From: Escherichia coli
GTDB taxonomy: Bacteria; Pseudomonadota; Gammaproteobacteria; Enterobacterales; Enterobacteriaceae
NCBI RefSeq assembly: GCF_002854065.1
Contig: NZ_CP024153.1
Length of the DNA: 64,000 nucleotides
Reading direction: 5' to 3' (one strand)
Positions within the stretch are counted from its first letter, which is position 1; the number at the start of each line of letters is the position of its first letter. The notes beneath the pieces are model-generated. The model saw nothing but the letters and a program-made list of their open reading frames with translations, ran no database searches and had not been told where the DNA came from. The position numbers and the translations under genes are program-made. This document shows, piece after piece, positions 47,649 through 59,457 of this stretch.

Positions 47649-48470
47649 GGCACTGTTGCAAAGTTAGCGATGAGGCAGCCTTTTGTCTTATTCAAAGGCC
47701 TTACATTTCAAAAACTCTGCTTACCAGGCGCATTTCGCCCAGGGGATCACCATAATAAAATGCTGAGGCCTGGCCTTTGCGTAGTGCACGCATCACCTCA
47801 ATACCTTTGATGGTGGCGTAAGCCGTCTTCATGGATTTAAATCCCAGCGTGGCGTTGATTATCCGTTTCAGTTTGCCATGATCGCATTCAATCACGTTGT
47901 TCCGGTACTTAATCTGTCGGTGTTCAACGTCAGACGGGCACCGGCCTTCGCGTTTTGAGCAGAGCAAGCGCGCGACCATAGGCGGGCGCTTTATCCGTGT
48001 TGATGAATCGTGGGAATCTGCCACTTCTTCACGTTGTTGAGGATTTTACCCAGAAACCGGTATGCAGCTTTGCTGTTACGACGGGAGGAGAGATAAAAAT
48101 CGACAGTGCGGCCCCGGCTGTCGACGGCCCGGTACAGATACGCCCAGCGGCCATTGACCTTCACGTAGGTTTCATCCATGTGCCACGGGCAAAGATCGGA
48201 AGGGTTACGCCAGTACCAGCGCAGCCGTTTTTCCATTTCAGGCGCATAACGCTGAACCCAGCGGTAAATCGTGGAGTGATCGACATTCACTCCGCGTTCA
48301 GCCAGCATCTCCTGCAGCTCACGGTAACTGATGCCGTATTTGCAGTACCAGCGTACGGCCCACAGAATGATGTCACGCTGAAAATGCCGGCCTTTGAATG
48401 GGTTCATGTGCAGCTCCATCAGCAAAAGGGGATGATAAGTTTATCACCACCGACTATTTGCAACAGTGCC
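47649..48470 (-). mobile_element. IS26 copy E with frameshifted transposase (1-bp insertion); N184 variant
   Basis: tnp split into ORFs 47991-48425 and 47701-48024; extra a in gggaatctgcc versus gggatctgcc in other copies; RIINATLG. Confidence 0.9.
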
Positions 48471-48586
48471 TAAAAATCGACCATACAGAGAGGGAAACCA
48501 CCGGAGTGGTGGGAAAAGCAGAAAGGCTCACGTGGCATAAGGCGTGGACAATGGTATCGACTGGTTTTTCAATTTCCTATACGTGA
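48471..48586 (+). mobile_element. IS1294-like terminal fragment (tnp-distal end only, about 116 bp)
   Basis: Identical to 1495-1610; ends ...cctatacgt followed by gaac. Confidence 0.85.
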
Positions 48587-48673
48587 ACTATTGAAGTAAT
48601 CAATCAAATTTTATAGGCTGATAGCCAAGTAACAACCACCAATGATATGCCAGGTAAAATCAGGGGACGTAAA

Positions 48674-50110
48674 ATGAGTACTCTTGATGTTCAGAAGCTC
48701 AAGGATGATGCCGTCGAATGGGCCTTAACTCATGGTGTTGCTTTCAAGGAATCGTCGTATTCCGCAGTGCATACCCCGTTTACCCTGACACCAACACCTA
48801 TCAGCCGTAAATCCTATCAGTACTTAAAGAATGCAACAGGAATACTCAGCAAATTAATCTATTCAGTTTCTGAGGATCATGATTTTTTGTACTCTGCGAT
48901 TTATCCCATCAAGGCCGGGAATGCCTTCTTTTCAGCCCTCCTGAACATGCATCAACAAATCCATTCATCATCAAGGCATGCTCCTCGATTACCATTACTC
49001 ATTATGCGTAGCGACTTTATGGATGATAATCGTGATGGGTTCAGGCTTATAGAGTTCAATGGTATAGCTGCAGGAATGGGGCCGTTTGGTCAGCGGATAC
49101 ATGATCTGCATCACTATCTACAACGGCAATATCCCGCTGTCTTTTCTGATTTATCGAATCAGGCAACAGGGGCGCTTGTCGACAATCAAGCGATCGAAGG
49201 GTTATCAGCAGCGATTTGTCAGGCAACTTGCAGAATTAAGCAGGAGTTCGGAGACCCCGGCCCTGCCAGGTTCCTGATGATTGTGCAGGAGAATGAAAAT
49301 AATGTGTTTGATCAACACTTGCTTGAGCTCGCCCTCCAGCAAAAAGGAATCGAAACGCATCGCAGGACTTTTCGTGAACTGCATAATCAATTGAGTACAG
49401 GCGCCGACAACAGGCTCATTCTCGAGGGTGTAGGCCCACTTGATACCGTCTACTTACGTGCCGGATATCAGTATTCTGATTATGAAGCATTCAATATCGA
49501 TGAGCAGGAGTGTTGTCAGGCGCTGATGGCGACCCGAGTATTCATTGAGCAGCACCGGGTTGCAGTGAACGCCACAGTTGGCCAGCAACTGGCGACCAGC
49601 AAGCGAGTACAAATGCTGCTCTCGCAATTGGGTTACGACGAGTTTGTCGCATTTGGATTAACACTGCAGGAAGCTAAAATAGCAAAAACGATACTGGGTG
49701 AGATGTTACCCATCAGCCCGGATAGTATCAACCTTGCAAAAGAGTCTCCTTCGGAAACCTGGGTTCTCAAAAATCAGGGTGAAGGCGGGGGGCATTGTCT
49801 GTTTGGTGCGGATATCCTGACAAAACTGACGGAACTCACTCCACAACAATATCAGTCCTGGTCGCTGATGCGCCGTTTACACCCTCAGCCCCGAGCTATG
49901 CCCACCTTGATTGTGCGTAAAGGGGAGTTGCATAAGGTGAATGATTTGATAAGCGAACTTGGAATGTTCTCCGTGCAGACAGATAACAATCCCTCCAGTG
50001 CTGAGCACAGTTTTGCTGGATATCTAATTCGTAGCAAATCAGCTGAATCGACAGAGGGAGGGGTCCATAGTGGACAAGGTGTTTTAGACTCGCTGGTATA
50101 CAGCGATTAG
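48674..50110 (+). CDS. Eukaryotic-type glutathione synthetase homologue (ATP-grasp)
   Basis: MRSDFM, IEFNGIAAGMGPFGQR, VFDQHLLELAL...IETHRRTFREL, YLRAGYQYSDY, WVLKNQGEGGGHCLFG glycine-rich loop; alternative upstream ATG at 48647. Confidence 0.75.
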   Translation: MSTLDVQKLKDDAVEWALTHGVAFKESSYSAVHTPFTLTPTPISRKSYQYLKNATGILSKLIYSVSEDHDFLYSAIYPIKAGNAFFSALLNMHQQIHSSSRHAPRLPLLIMRSDFMDDNRDGFRLIEFNGIAAGMGPFGQRIHDLHHYLQRQYPAVFSDLSNQATGALVDNQAIEGLSAAICQATCRIKQEFGDPGPARFLMIVQENENNVFDQHLLELALQQKGIETHRRTFRELHNQLSTGADNRLILEGVGPLDTVYLRAGYQYSDYEAFNIDEQECCQALMATRVFIEQHRVAVNATVGQQLATSKRVQMLLSQLGYDEFVAFGLTLQEAKIAKTILGEMLPISPDSINLAKESPSETWVLKNQGEGGGHCLFGADILTKLTELTPQQYQSWSLMRRLHPQPRAMPTLIVRKGELHKVNDLISELGMFSVQTDNNPSSAEHSFAGYLIRSKSAESTEGGVHSGQGVLDSLVYSD

Positions 50111-50460
50111 TCCCTTTCAAGGGGGCTGAAATCTGGTTATATGAAAGCATGCGGTAAGTGGTGTTTTAGCCCCAGTGGAGATGATGCTGTTTCTAGACTG
50201 AGTCGTAGTAAGCTAATAATAGTATTATAAATGAAGCCATGAGGGTATTTACAGGGCATATCTTATTAAGGGAACAACAGCAAAAACTGCTGCTATAAGA
50301 GGCTGCACCCAAAGTTCTTCAAGGTTCACATCATCGCTGCTGGGTCGATGCTGTTTCAGTTACGGGTCAATTTTCAATACCATTAGCTGTTCCTGTGACT
50401 ACGGTCATTACGCGCTGTCGACATCAATTTGTACAGCAAACAGTCTTAGCGTGGGATATT

Positions 50461-51787
50461 TAATGAGATGGTCACTCCCTCCTTCCCGGTACTATGCTGA
50501 GGATAGGCTTTCATTCGGAGAACTATCATGGAAAACATTGCGCTCATTGGTATCGATCTGGGTAAAAACTCTTTCCATATTCATTGCCAAGATCGTCGCG
50601 GCAAGGCTGTTTACCGTAAAAAATTTACACGGCCAAAGTTAATCGAATTTTTGGCGACATGCCCCGCTACAACCATCGCAATGGAAGCCTGTGGTGGCTC
50701 TCACTTTATGGCACGCAAGTTGGAAGAGTTGGGGCATTTTCCTAAGCTGATATCACCACAATTTGTCCGTCCATTCGTTAAAAGTAACAAAAACGACTTT
50801 GTCGACGCCGAAGCTATTTGTGAAGCTGCATCGCGTCCGTCTATGCGTTTTGTACAGCCCAGAACTGAATCTCAGCAGGCAATGCGTGCGCTGCATCGTG
50901 TCCGTGAATCCCTGGTTCAGGATAAGGTAAAAACAACCAATCAGATGCATGCTTTTCTGCTGGAATTTGGCATCAGCGTTCCACGAGGAGCTGCCGTTAT
51001 TAGCCGACTGAGTACCCTTCTTGAGGACAATAGTTTGCCTCTATACCTCAGCCAGTTATTGCTGAAATTACAACAGCATTATCACTATCTTGTTGAGCAG
51101 ATTAAAGATTTGGAATCCCAGTTGAAACGAAAGTTGGACGAAGATGAGATTGGACAGCGCTTGCTGAGCATTCCCTGCGTCGGAACACTGACAGCGAGTA
51201 CTATTTCAACTGAGATTGGCGACGGGAAGCAGTACGCCAGCAGTCGTGACTTTGCGGCGGCAACAGGGCTAGTGCCTCGACAGTACAGCACGGGAGGTCG
51301 GACGACATTGCTGGGAATTAGTAAGCGAGGTAACAAAAAGATCCGAACTTTGTTGGTTCAATGTGCCAGGGTATTCATACAAAAACTGGAACACCAGTCT
51401 GGCAAATTGGCCGATTGGGTCAGGGATCTACTGTGTAGGAAAAGCAACTTTGTCGTCACTTGTGCTCTGGCAAACAAGCTGGCCAGAATAGCCTGGGCCC
51501 TAACGGCACGACAGCAAACTTATGTAGCATAACGGCAGAAATACACCGGTTTAAAGAATCACTGATCTGGTTTTGCGAATACTGATATTGATGATACTAA
51601 CGGCCCACCGGCCTGTTGAGGAACCTGTAAAACGGAAAGGCTCATTGAAGCCGTATATTTTCTGGAGGTTCATCAGGCGCGGAACTCATCGAGGCGCGGG
51701 AATAAAATCCCATTCAGACGCCGGATAGATTCAAGCAAGCCAATTTATCGTCAAAATCGGTGTTGCAAAAACGGGAGTGACCATAGA
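50461..51787 (+). mobile_element. IS5075/IS4321-like copy 2, inserted in a Tn3-family 38-bp IR
   Basis: 1327 bp; flanks reconstitute IR ggggtccgcttggaaaacgga|IS|aaatatcccacgctaag; tnp 50528-51532. Confidence 0.85.
50528..51532 (+). CDS. IS110-family transposase (IS5075-type)
   Basis: Identical 334-aa protein to 9655-10659. Confidence 0.85.
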   Translation: MENIALIGIDLGKNSFHIHCQDRRGKAVYRKKFTRPKLIEFLATCPATTIAMEACGGSHFMARKLEELGHFPKLISPQFVRPFVKSNKNDFVDAEAICEAASRPSMRFVQPRTESQQAMRALHRVRESLVQDKVKTTNQMHAFLLEFGISVPRGAAVISRLSTLLEDNSLPLYLSQLLLKLQQHYHYLVEQIKDLESQLKRKLDEDEIGQRLLSIPCVGTLTASTISTEIGDGKQYASSRDFAAATGLVPRQYSTGGRTTLLGISKRGNKKIRTLLVQCARVFIQKLEHQSGKLADWVRDLLCRKSNFVVTCALANKLARIAWALTARQQTYVA

Positions 51788-51919
51788 TTCCGTTTTCCAA
51801 GCGGACCCCGTGCTGTGTGGAAATCCGCCCACCTTGCCGGGCGCCGGTGCTGTGTGGAAATTCGCCCATCTTCATGACAAAAATTTGTCAAATGACAGGC
51901 TCATGTGTGCTGATTTATG

Positions 51920-52601
51920 TCAGACGGGATTTTGCTTATCAATTATTGAGAACAGAAATTTTCCTGAATCATCAATACTATACTTAGCAAGTAAAGGTGT
52001 TTTCTCATTTATCTGCTTGAGAGCAGGATCAAGGAAAGATCGTTTCAACTCTGCCAAGTTCTTCTGTTGGGATTCCGGCAAAAGGAAACGGTCATTTAAC
52101 CAAGCATGAGTAGTAACCCATAAGCCTGAAGATTTGAATTGAGCAAGACTTTCATAAAGGCGGATCGTCCGTGGATTTCGAAGACTGCCACAATCGCGGA
52201 GCGAGTAGGTGGTGAACTGGTTCGTCAGGCCGTAAATGTACCGCAGGAGTTTATGGTTAAATTCGATTTCCCAGATACCACGAGCTGATCGGCTGCCAGC
52301 CTCTGTTAGCCAGGGGCGCGCGACGCAGTCAAAACTCCCTTCTTTCGGGTAAAAGATTACCGCAGAACGGCTTAACTCAAACACGCCTTCTTTAACATCC
52401 TTGATAGCCTGGTTACGGCTTACCTGAAAAATTTGCTGATAGTCAGCCACCTTTACTTTGAAAGTAGAGTCACCGAGTACAGCCATCTCATCATCATCTT
52501 CGCTTACTGAAGCTGTGAAATACGTCTGCATAAGACATAACCAGAGAACGCGCTTTGCTTTTAGCGAGAGGTAGTAAGCAGCTTCGGTAAGCTCGTTAGA
52601 C
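51920..52601 (-). pseudogene. Rep_3-family (RepE-like) replication initiator, 5'-truncated by IS26
   Basis: ...[23 protein letters not shown]... (parallels Rep[22 protein letters not shown]); frame enters IS26 right end. Confidence 0.65.
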
Positions 52602-53421
52602 GGCACTGTTGCAAAGTTAGCGATGAGGCAGCCTTTTGTCTTATTCAAAGGCCTTACATTTCAAAAACTCTGCTTACCAGGCGCATTTCGCCCAGGGGAT
52701 CACCATAATAAAATGCTGAGGCCTGGCCTTTGCGTAGTGCACGCATCACCTCAATACCTTTGATGGTGGCGTAAGCCGTCTTCATGGATTTAAATCCCAG
52801 CGTGGCGTTGATTATCCGTTTCAGTTTGCCATGATCGCATTCAATCACGTTGTTCCGGTACTTAATCTGTCGGTGTTCAACGTCAGACGGGCACCGGCCT
52901 TCGCGTTTGAGCAGAGCAAGCGCGCGACCATAGGCGGGCGCTTTATCCGTGTTGATGAATCGTGGGATCTGCCACTTCTTCACGTTGTTGAGGATTTTAC
53001 CCAGAAACCGGTATGCAGCTTTGCTGTTACGACGGGAGGAGAGATAAAAATCGACAGTGCGGCCCCGGCTGTCGACGGCCCGGTACAGATACGCCCAGCG
53101 GCCATTGACCTTCACGTAGGTTTCATCCATGTGCCACGGGCAAAGATCGGAAGGGTTACGCCAGTACCAGCGCAGCCGTTTTTCCATTTCAGGCGCATAA
53201 CGCTGAACCCAGCGGTAAATCGTGGAGTGATCGACATTCACTCCGCGTTCAGCCAGCATCTCCTGCAGCTCACGGTAACTGATGCCGTATTTGCAGTACC
53301 AGCGTACGGCCCACAGAATGATGTCACGCTGAAAATGCCGGCCTTTGAATGGGTTCATGTGCAGCTCCATCAGCAAAAGGGGATGATAAGTTTATCACCA
53401 CCGACTATTTGCAACAGTGCC
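52602..53421 (-). mobile_element. IS26 copy F (N184 variant)
   Basis: 820 bp; tnp26 52654-53358; RIINATLG. Confidence 0.95.
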
Positions 53422-53490
53422 GATTAGAGCACTATAAAGAACTAAAGAAATGAAGATACAAAGATACGAATATCTGAATAAAAACAGAAA

Positions 53491-53620
53491 AATGCGTACC
53501 CATCCACCTTTCAGTGCGTACCCATCCACCTTTCAGTGCGCAGCCATCCACCTTTCATGAAAATTACAGTGCGTACCCATCCACCTTTCAGTGCGTACCC
53601 ATCCACCTTTCATTTTGAGG
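53491..53620 (+). repeat. Iteron array: five tandem 22-bp direct repeats plus a sixth degenerate copy
   Basis: (a/g)tgcg(t/c)a(c/g)ccatccacctttca repeated contiguously, no spacers. Confidence 0.8.
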
Positions 53621-53783
53621 CGACAAAAAACAACACCTATCTTAATGAAATTATTGATAAAAAAACTGGCACAATGTTTGCAGAATAAGTTAGAGTAAGT
53701 TAAAGATCTTAAAGTAGATCTACCGATCTACATTTAAGATCTTAAAAACAAGAAGTTTAATAAGCAAAAAAACACAAAAAATC

Positions 53784-53831
53784 TGTGGATAACTTTGCTC
53801 AAAACAAAAAATTCACACTACCTGTGGATAA
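53784..53831. promoter_or_regulatory. Two DnaA boxes in an AT-rich stretch (origin-like)
   Basis: tgtggataa at about 53784 and about 53823. Confidence 0.6.
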
Positions 53832-54474
53832 CTTTGCGTAAACCCAGAGGACAGATCACTCTGAACCAAGACAACCACACATAAAAACAATATGCTCGCT
53901 TTTTAACCACTGCGCGTAATTGCCTGATGTTATCCCTGTGCTGTTCCGCTTCCTCGCTCACTAACTCGCTACACTCGGTCGTTCGGCTGCGGCGAGCGGT
54001 GTCTCCTTTCTCAAAACCAGAAGAGTTCAGATCATACGATCCGTTGATTGATCCTTTTTGGATCTTTCACTGAGAAGCCCTGAATCGCTTTCTAACGCTT
54101 TGTTCGATGTAACCATGAGGAAAACCATGTGAAATCGAAAAAATCGCTCAGAATGCGATACAGCGCGTTTTAGAGGGTATTTACAAAACAGTCGTTGCCT
54201 TGAGGAAATTTTGATCAAGATTGAACTCCTATCCGGATCATGGCAACAGATCACAGCAACAAGGCCGCTAAAAAGCGTTGAGCGGCGTTAAAAACCGTTA
54301 AACCGTAGCTGACTATAACGAAACGGGAAAAAACGCTCAGAACGCGTTACAGAGCGTTTTAAGGCGATGTCGGAAAGAGCCATACCTCACCTGTTCTGAT
54401 GTTTTTCTCAACACAAGCACTTTTAAGAGTACTTTTAAAGATGCTATTATGCCAATAAGACAAGCGGAGGACTT

Positions 54475-54726
54475 ATGAGCTATCAAATTCTGACAACCAC
54501 AGCGGCCAGTATTACTGACCTGAAAAAAAATCCTATGGGAACCGTAGCTGAAGGTGAAGGGGACGCTGTTGCGATCCTGAACCGAAACGAACCGGCGTTC
54601 TATTGCGTTCCACCAAAACTTTACGCCTACTATCGGGAACTCGCTGAAGATGCTGAGTTAAACGCTGTTGCTGATGAGCGCATGAAAAACCCGGAAATTG
54701 TGAAGGTTAACCTGGATGACCTATGA
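54475..54726 (+). CDS. stbD: StbD/RelB-type antitoxin (Phd/YefM family)
   Basis: 83 aa MSYQILTTTAASITDLKKNPMGTVAEGEGDAVAILNRNEPAFYCV... Confidence 0.8.
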   Translation: MSYQILTTTAASITDLKKNPMGTVAEGEGDAVAILNRNEPAFYCVPPKLYAYYRELAEDAELNAVADERMKNPEIVKVNLDDL

Positions 54727-54997
54727 ACTGGCTTTTGACCGCAGAGCACTGAAGGAATGGCAGAAACTCGGCCACACCATCCGTGAACAATTCAAAAAGA
54801 AGCTGGCAGAACGGCTGGAAAATCCACGCGTACCCGCAGCCCGGTTACATGGTCATGCTGATCGCTATAAAATCAAACTTCGTGCATCTGGCTACAGACT
54901 TGTATATCAAGTCATTGATGAGAAAGTCGTTTTACTCGTTATTGCTGTTGGAAGAAGGGAAAGCAGCGAAGTTTATCAGATTGCAGATATGCGCTGA
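54716..54997 (+). CDS. stbE: StbE/RelE-type toxin
   Basis: 93 aa MTYELAFDRRALKEWQKLGHTIREQFKKKLAERLENPRVPAARL...; overlaps stbD stop. Confidence 0.8.
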   Translation: MTYELAFDRRALKEWQKLGHTIREQFKKKLAERLENPRVPAARLHGHADRYKIKLRASGYRLVYQVIDEKVVLLVIAVGRRESSEVYQIADMR

Positions 54998-55183
54998 ACT
55001 GAAACCCGCCCCGTAATTCGCGGCTGCAGCCGCTCAGACGCGCAGATGCTACACACCGTCACGGCGTACCGTTCGCAAGCTTACGCGCTAACTGCGAAAG
55101 GCTAATTGCGTGTTGTTAGTCCGGTAATGGGCTTTGCAGGGAGGGGGGATGTCCCTGATCTTAATTAAGCTGGTTTGTTTCCG

Positions 55184-55326
55184 GGCACTGTTGCAAAGTT
55201 AGCGATGAGGCAGCCTTTTGTCTTATTCAAAGGCCTTACATTTCAAAAACTCTGCTTACCAGGCGCATTTCGCCCAGGGGATCACCATAATAAAATGCTG
55301 AGGCCTGGCCTTTGCGTAGTGCACGT
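55184..55326 (-). mobile_element. IS26 fragment (right IR and 3' end of tnp26), cut by IS1294
   Basis: ggcactgttgcaaagttagcg... to ...gcgtagtgcacg then IS1294 end. Confidence 0.85.
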
Positions 55327-57006
55327 ATAGGAAATTGAAAAACCAGTCGATACCATTGTCCACGCCTTATGCCACGTGAGCCTTTCTGCTTTTCCCACCA
55401 CTCCGGTGGTTTCCCTCTCTGTATGGTCGATTTTTATACCGTAACAGGCTGTTTTTTATACTTTCACCGATTCCCGGGCACACTTAGCCTGTGTCAGGCC
55501 GGCATATACCTCAGTAGACTGATATCCCGCGCGTTTTTCTTCAGCCCTGATACATTCAGCCCCGCAATGGCCCGGCGGTATACCATCCGGCAGCCACACA
55601 GCACGCATTCGAACGGGTCACGACTCAGGAACTGTTTCACCATTTGTGCATAGCACACTTTCGCCACTGGTTCCGGTTTATCCATCCCCAGTGCACGGTA
55701 CACCTGCGGCAGCTTCTCTCCACACACACGGTTGGCAAGGAACCCGAAGTACCTCACCATCTTAAAAAACTTCTCCGGGATGTGCTGTTTCAGCCTCGCG
55801 ACCAGCTCACGCTGTGTCAGCGTTTCCGTCGCCGTTTCTCCCGTTTTGTGGTCCAGGTAACGGAAGCTCAGGCTTGCCCCTCCGTTGTAATGAGCCAGTC
55901 GGGAAGCCGCTATTGGTGGCTTCTTCAGATAACGACCCAGGTAGCGTGCCGTATTCCGCCCTCCGGCTGTCTTCTTCGACATGTACACATGCCAGTATTT
56001 TCCGCCGGATTTCAGCACCAGGCTTCTCCACTGTGATTCCGTCGTGATATGTGACAACGACTCCGGCATTGCCATCCCCTCTGACCACGCTTTCAGAAGC
56101 AGCTGCCGCATATTCCACATCCACCGTGAACGCATCGCGTCTTTCAGGAAGCTCAGCTTTTTCCACTGACCATGCTTATTCAGACCTCCACAGGTTACAG
56201 ACACATGTACATGCGGATGCCAGTTGAGACGACGGCCATACGTGTGGATGGCGCAGAAGATACCGGGTTCCAGCCCCCGTTTTCGGGCGGCATACAGCAG
56301 ATTCTCCACCGCCAGACGGCACACGTCATTCAGCAGCCAGCGGTTGCTTTCGAACACCGGCCACAGCGTGTCCGGCAGGGTGAAGACCAGATGTACCCAG
56401 TCGCAGTCAGGAAGACGATTCAGCTGTGTTGCTGTCCACAGGTCTGTGGCCTTCTTTCCGCAGGACGGGCAGGCACGGCTGCCGCATGAGTTGGTCAGGT
56501 ACTTTACGTGCTGACAGTCCGGGTTATCACACCCGAACTCTTTTACACCCAGTATCCGTGTGCCGCAGGCCAGCATTTTGGTGACGGCTTCAACCTCGAT
56601 ATCGCGCAGACCGCCCGCATCCAGGAAGGACGTCCAGCACTGGTTGGCTGTGAACAGACGTTTCAGAGGGCGGGGAGTAAAACCGGACAACATGAGGATG
56701 GATTAAACCCCGGTATCCTGTAGCAGGGTAAGGGCTGCTGTATCGCCACGGCGCTTCAGGATGGAGGTCGTCACCATCGCAGGTGGTGGGTCCATGGGTT
56801 TGAGCATTTTCATCCAGTCCCATTCTCGTTGTGAGAGCTTCTCAGCACCAACAGAGAGCAGAACTGTATCGATACTTTTGCGGGTCAACATAAGGGGATG
56901 AGTCCTTAATAAAACAGGTCCTCAGAGCATACATATTCTGCGGGGCGTGCGGCAACAACAGGACGAACCGGGGCGGTTTTCAATTTGCAGCCGCCAGGCT
57001 GCCGTG
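55327..57006 (-). mobile_element. IS91-family IS (IS1294-like), copy 3; outer boundary approximate
   Basis: Inverted duplicate of 1-1610; outer end assumed near the IS50 junction at about 57006. Confidence 0.75.
55494..56693 (-). CDS. tnpA: IS91-family transposase
   Basis: Identical 399-aa protein to 240-1439. Confidence 0.85.
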   Translation of the reverse strand: MLSGFTPRPLKRLFTANQCWTSFLDAGGLRDIEVEAVTKMLACGTRILGVKEFGCDNPDCQHVKYLTNSCGSRACPSCGKKATDLWTATQLNRLPDCDWVHLVFTLPDTLWPVFESNRWLLNDVCRLAVENLLYAARKRGLEPGIFCAIHTYGRRLNWHPHVHVSVTCGGLNKHGQWKKLSFLKDAMRSRWMWNMRQLLLKAWSEGMAMPESLSHITTESQWRSLVLKSGGKYWHVYMSKKTAGGRNTARYLGRYLKKPPIAASRLAHYNGGASLSFRYLDHKTGETATETLTQRELVARLKQHIPEKFFKMVRYFGFLANRVCGEKLPQVYRALGMDKPEPVAKVCYAQMVKQFLSRDPFECVLCGCRMVYRRAIAGLNVSGLKKNARDISLLRYMPA

Positions 57007-58452
57007 GTTCATGATAACTTCTGCTCTTCATCGTGCGGCCGACTGGGCTAAATCTGTGTTCTCTTCGGCGGCGCTGGGTGATCCTCGCCGTACTGCCCGC
57101 TTGGTTAACGTCGCCGCCCAATTGGCAAAATATTCTGGTAAATCAATAACCATCTCATCAGAGGGTAGTGAAGCCATGCAGGAAGGCGCTTACCGATTTA
57201 TCCGCAATCCCAACGTTTCTGCCGAGGCGATCAGAAAGGCTGGCGCCATGCAAACAGTCAAGTTGGCTCAGGAGTTTCCCGAACTGCTGGCCATTGAGGA
57301 CACCACCTCTTTGAGTTATCGCCACCAGGTCGCCGAAGAGCTTGGCAAGCTGGGCTCTATTCAGGATAAATCCCGCGGATGGTGGGTTCACTCCGTTCTC
57401 TTGCTCGAGGCCACCACATTCCGCACCGTAGGATTACTGCATCAGGAGTGGTGGATGCGCCCGGATGACCCTGCCGATGCGGATGAAAAGGAGAGTGGCA
57501 AATGGCTGGCAGCGGCCGCAACTAGCCGGTTACGCATGGGCAGCATGATGAGCAACGTGATTGCGGTCTGTGACCGCGAAGCCGATATTCATGCTTATCT
57601 GCAGGACAAACTGGCGCATAACGAGCGCTTCGTGGTGCGCTCCAAGCACCCACGCAAGGACGTAGAGTCTGGGTTGTATCTGTACGACCATCTGAAGAAC
57701 CAACCGGAGTTGGGTGGCTATCAGATCAGCATTCCGCAAAAGGGCGTGGTGGATAAACGCGGTAAACGTAAAAATCGACCAGCCCGCAAGGCGAGCTTGA
57801 GCCTGCGCAGTGGGCGCATCACGCTAAAACAGGGGAATATCACGCTCAACGCGGTGCTGGCCGAGGAGATTAACCCGCCCAAGGGTGAGACCCCGTTGAA
57901 ATGGTTGTTGCTGACCAGCGAACCGGTCGAGTCGCTAGCCCAAGCCTTGCGCGTCATCGACATTTATACCCATCGCTGGCGGATCGAGGAGTTCCATAAG
58001 GCATGGAAAACCGGAGCAGGAGCCGAGAGGCAACGCATGGAGGAGCCGGATAATCTGGAGCGGATGGTCTCGATCCTCTCGTTTGTTGCGGTCAGGCTGT
58101 TACAGCTCAGAGAAAGCTTCACGCTGCCGCAAGCACTCAGGGCGCAAGGGCTGCTAAAGGAAGCGGAACACGTAGAAAGCCAGTCCGCAGAAACGGTGCT
58201 GACCCCGGATGAATGTCAGCTACTGGGCTATCTGGACAAGGGAAAACGCAAGCGCAAAGAGAAAGCAGGTAGCTTGCAGTGGGCTTACATGGCGATAGCT
58301 AGACTGGGCGGTTTTATGGACAGCAAGCGAACCGGAATTGCCAGCTGGGGCGCCCTCTGGTAAGGTTGGGAAGCCCTGCAAAGTAAACTGGATGGCTTTC
58401 TTGCCGCCAAGGATCTGATGGCGCAGGGGATCAAGATCTGATCAAGAGACAG
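57007..58452 (+). mobile_element. IS50L of Tn5, outside end (about 88 bp) missing
   Basis: Starts 4 bp before tnp ATG; inside end agatctgatcaagagacag at about 58434-58452. Confidence 0.85.
57011..58363 (+). pseudogene. tnp: IS50L transposase ending at the ochre codon (450 of 476 codons)
   Basis: MITSALHRAADWAKSVF... ends ...IASWGALW* (tgg taa ggt tgg gaa). Confidence 0.9.
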
Positions 58453-58457
58453 GATGA

Positions 58458-59264
<807 letters not shown>

Positions 59265-59284
59265 GCGGGACTCTGGGGTTCGAA

Positions 59285-59457
59285 ATGACCGACCAAGCGA
59301 CGCCCAACCTGCCATCACGAGATTTCGATTCCACCGCCGCCTTCTATGAAAGGTTGGGCTTCGGAATCGTTTTCCGGGACGCCGGCTGGATGATCCTCCA
59401 GCGCGGGGATCTCATGCTGGAGTTCTTCGCCCACCCCGGGCTCGATCCCCTCGCGAG
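59285..59457 (+). pseudogene. ble: ble (Tn5 bleomycin resistance), first about 58 codons, truncated by IS26
   Basis: MTDQATPNLPSRDFDSTAAFYERLGFGIVFRDAGWMILQRGDLMLEFFAHPGLDPLA| then IS26 IR. Confidence 0.9.

Noticed and set aside
53491-53620. Possible CRISPR array
   Set aside because: The 22-bp repeats are contiguous with no spacers and sit beside DnaA boxes and AT-rich DNA; they are plasmid iterons, not CRISPR.
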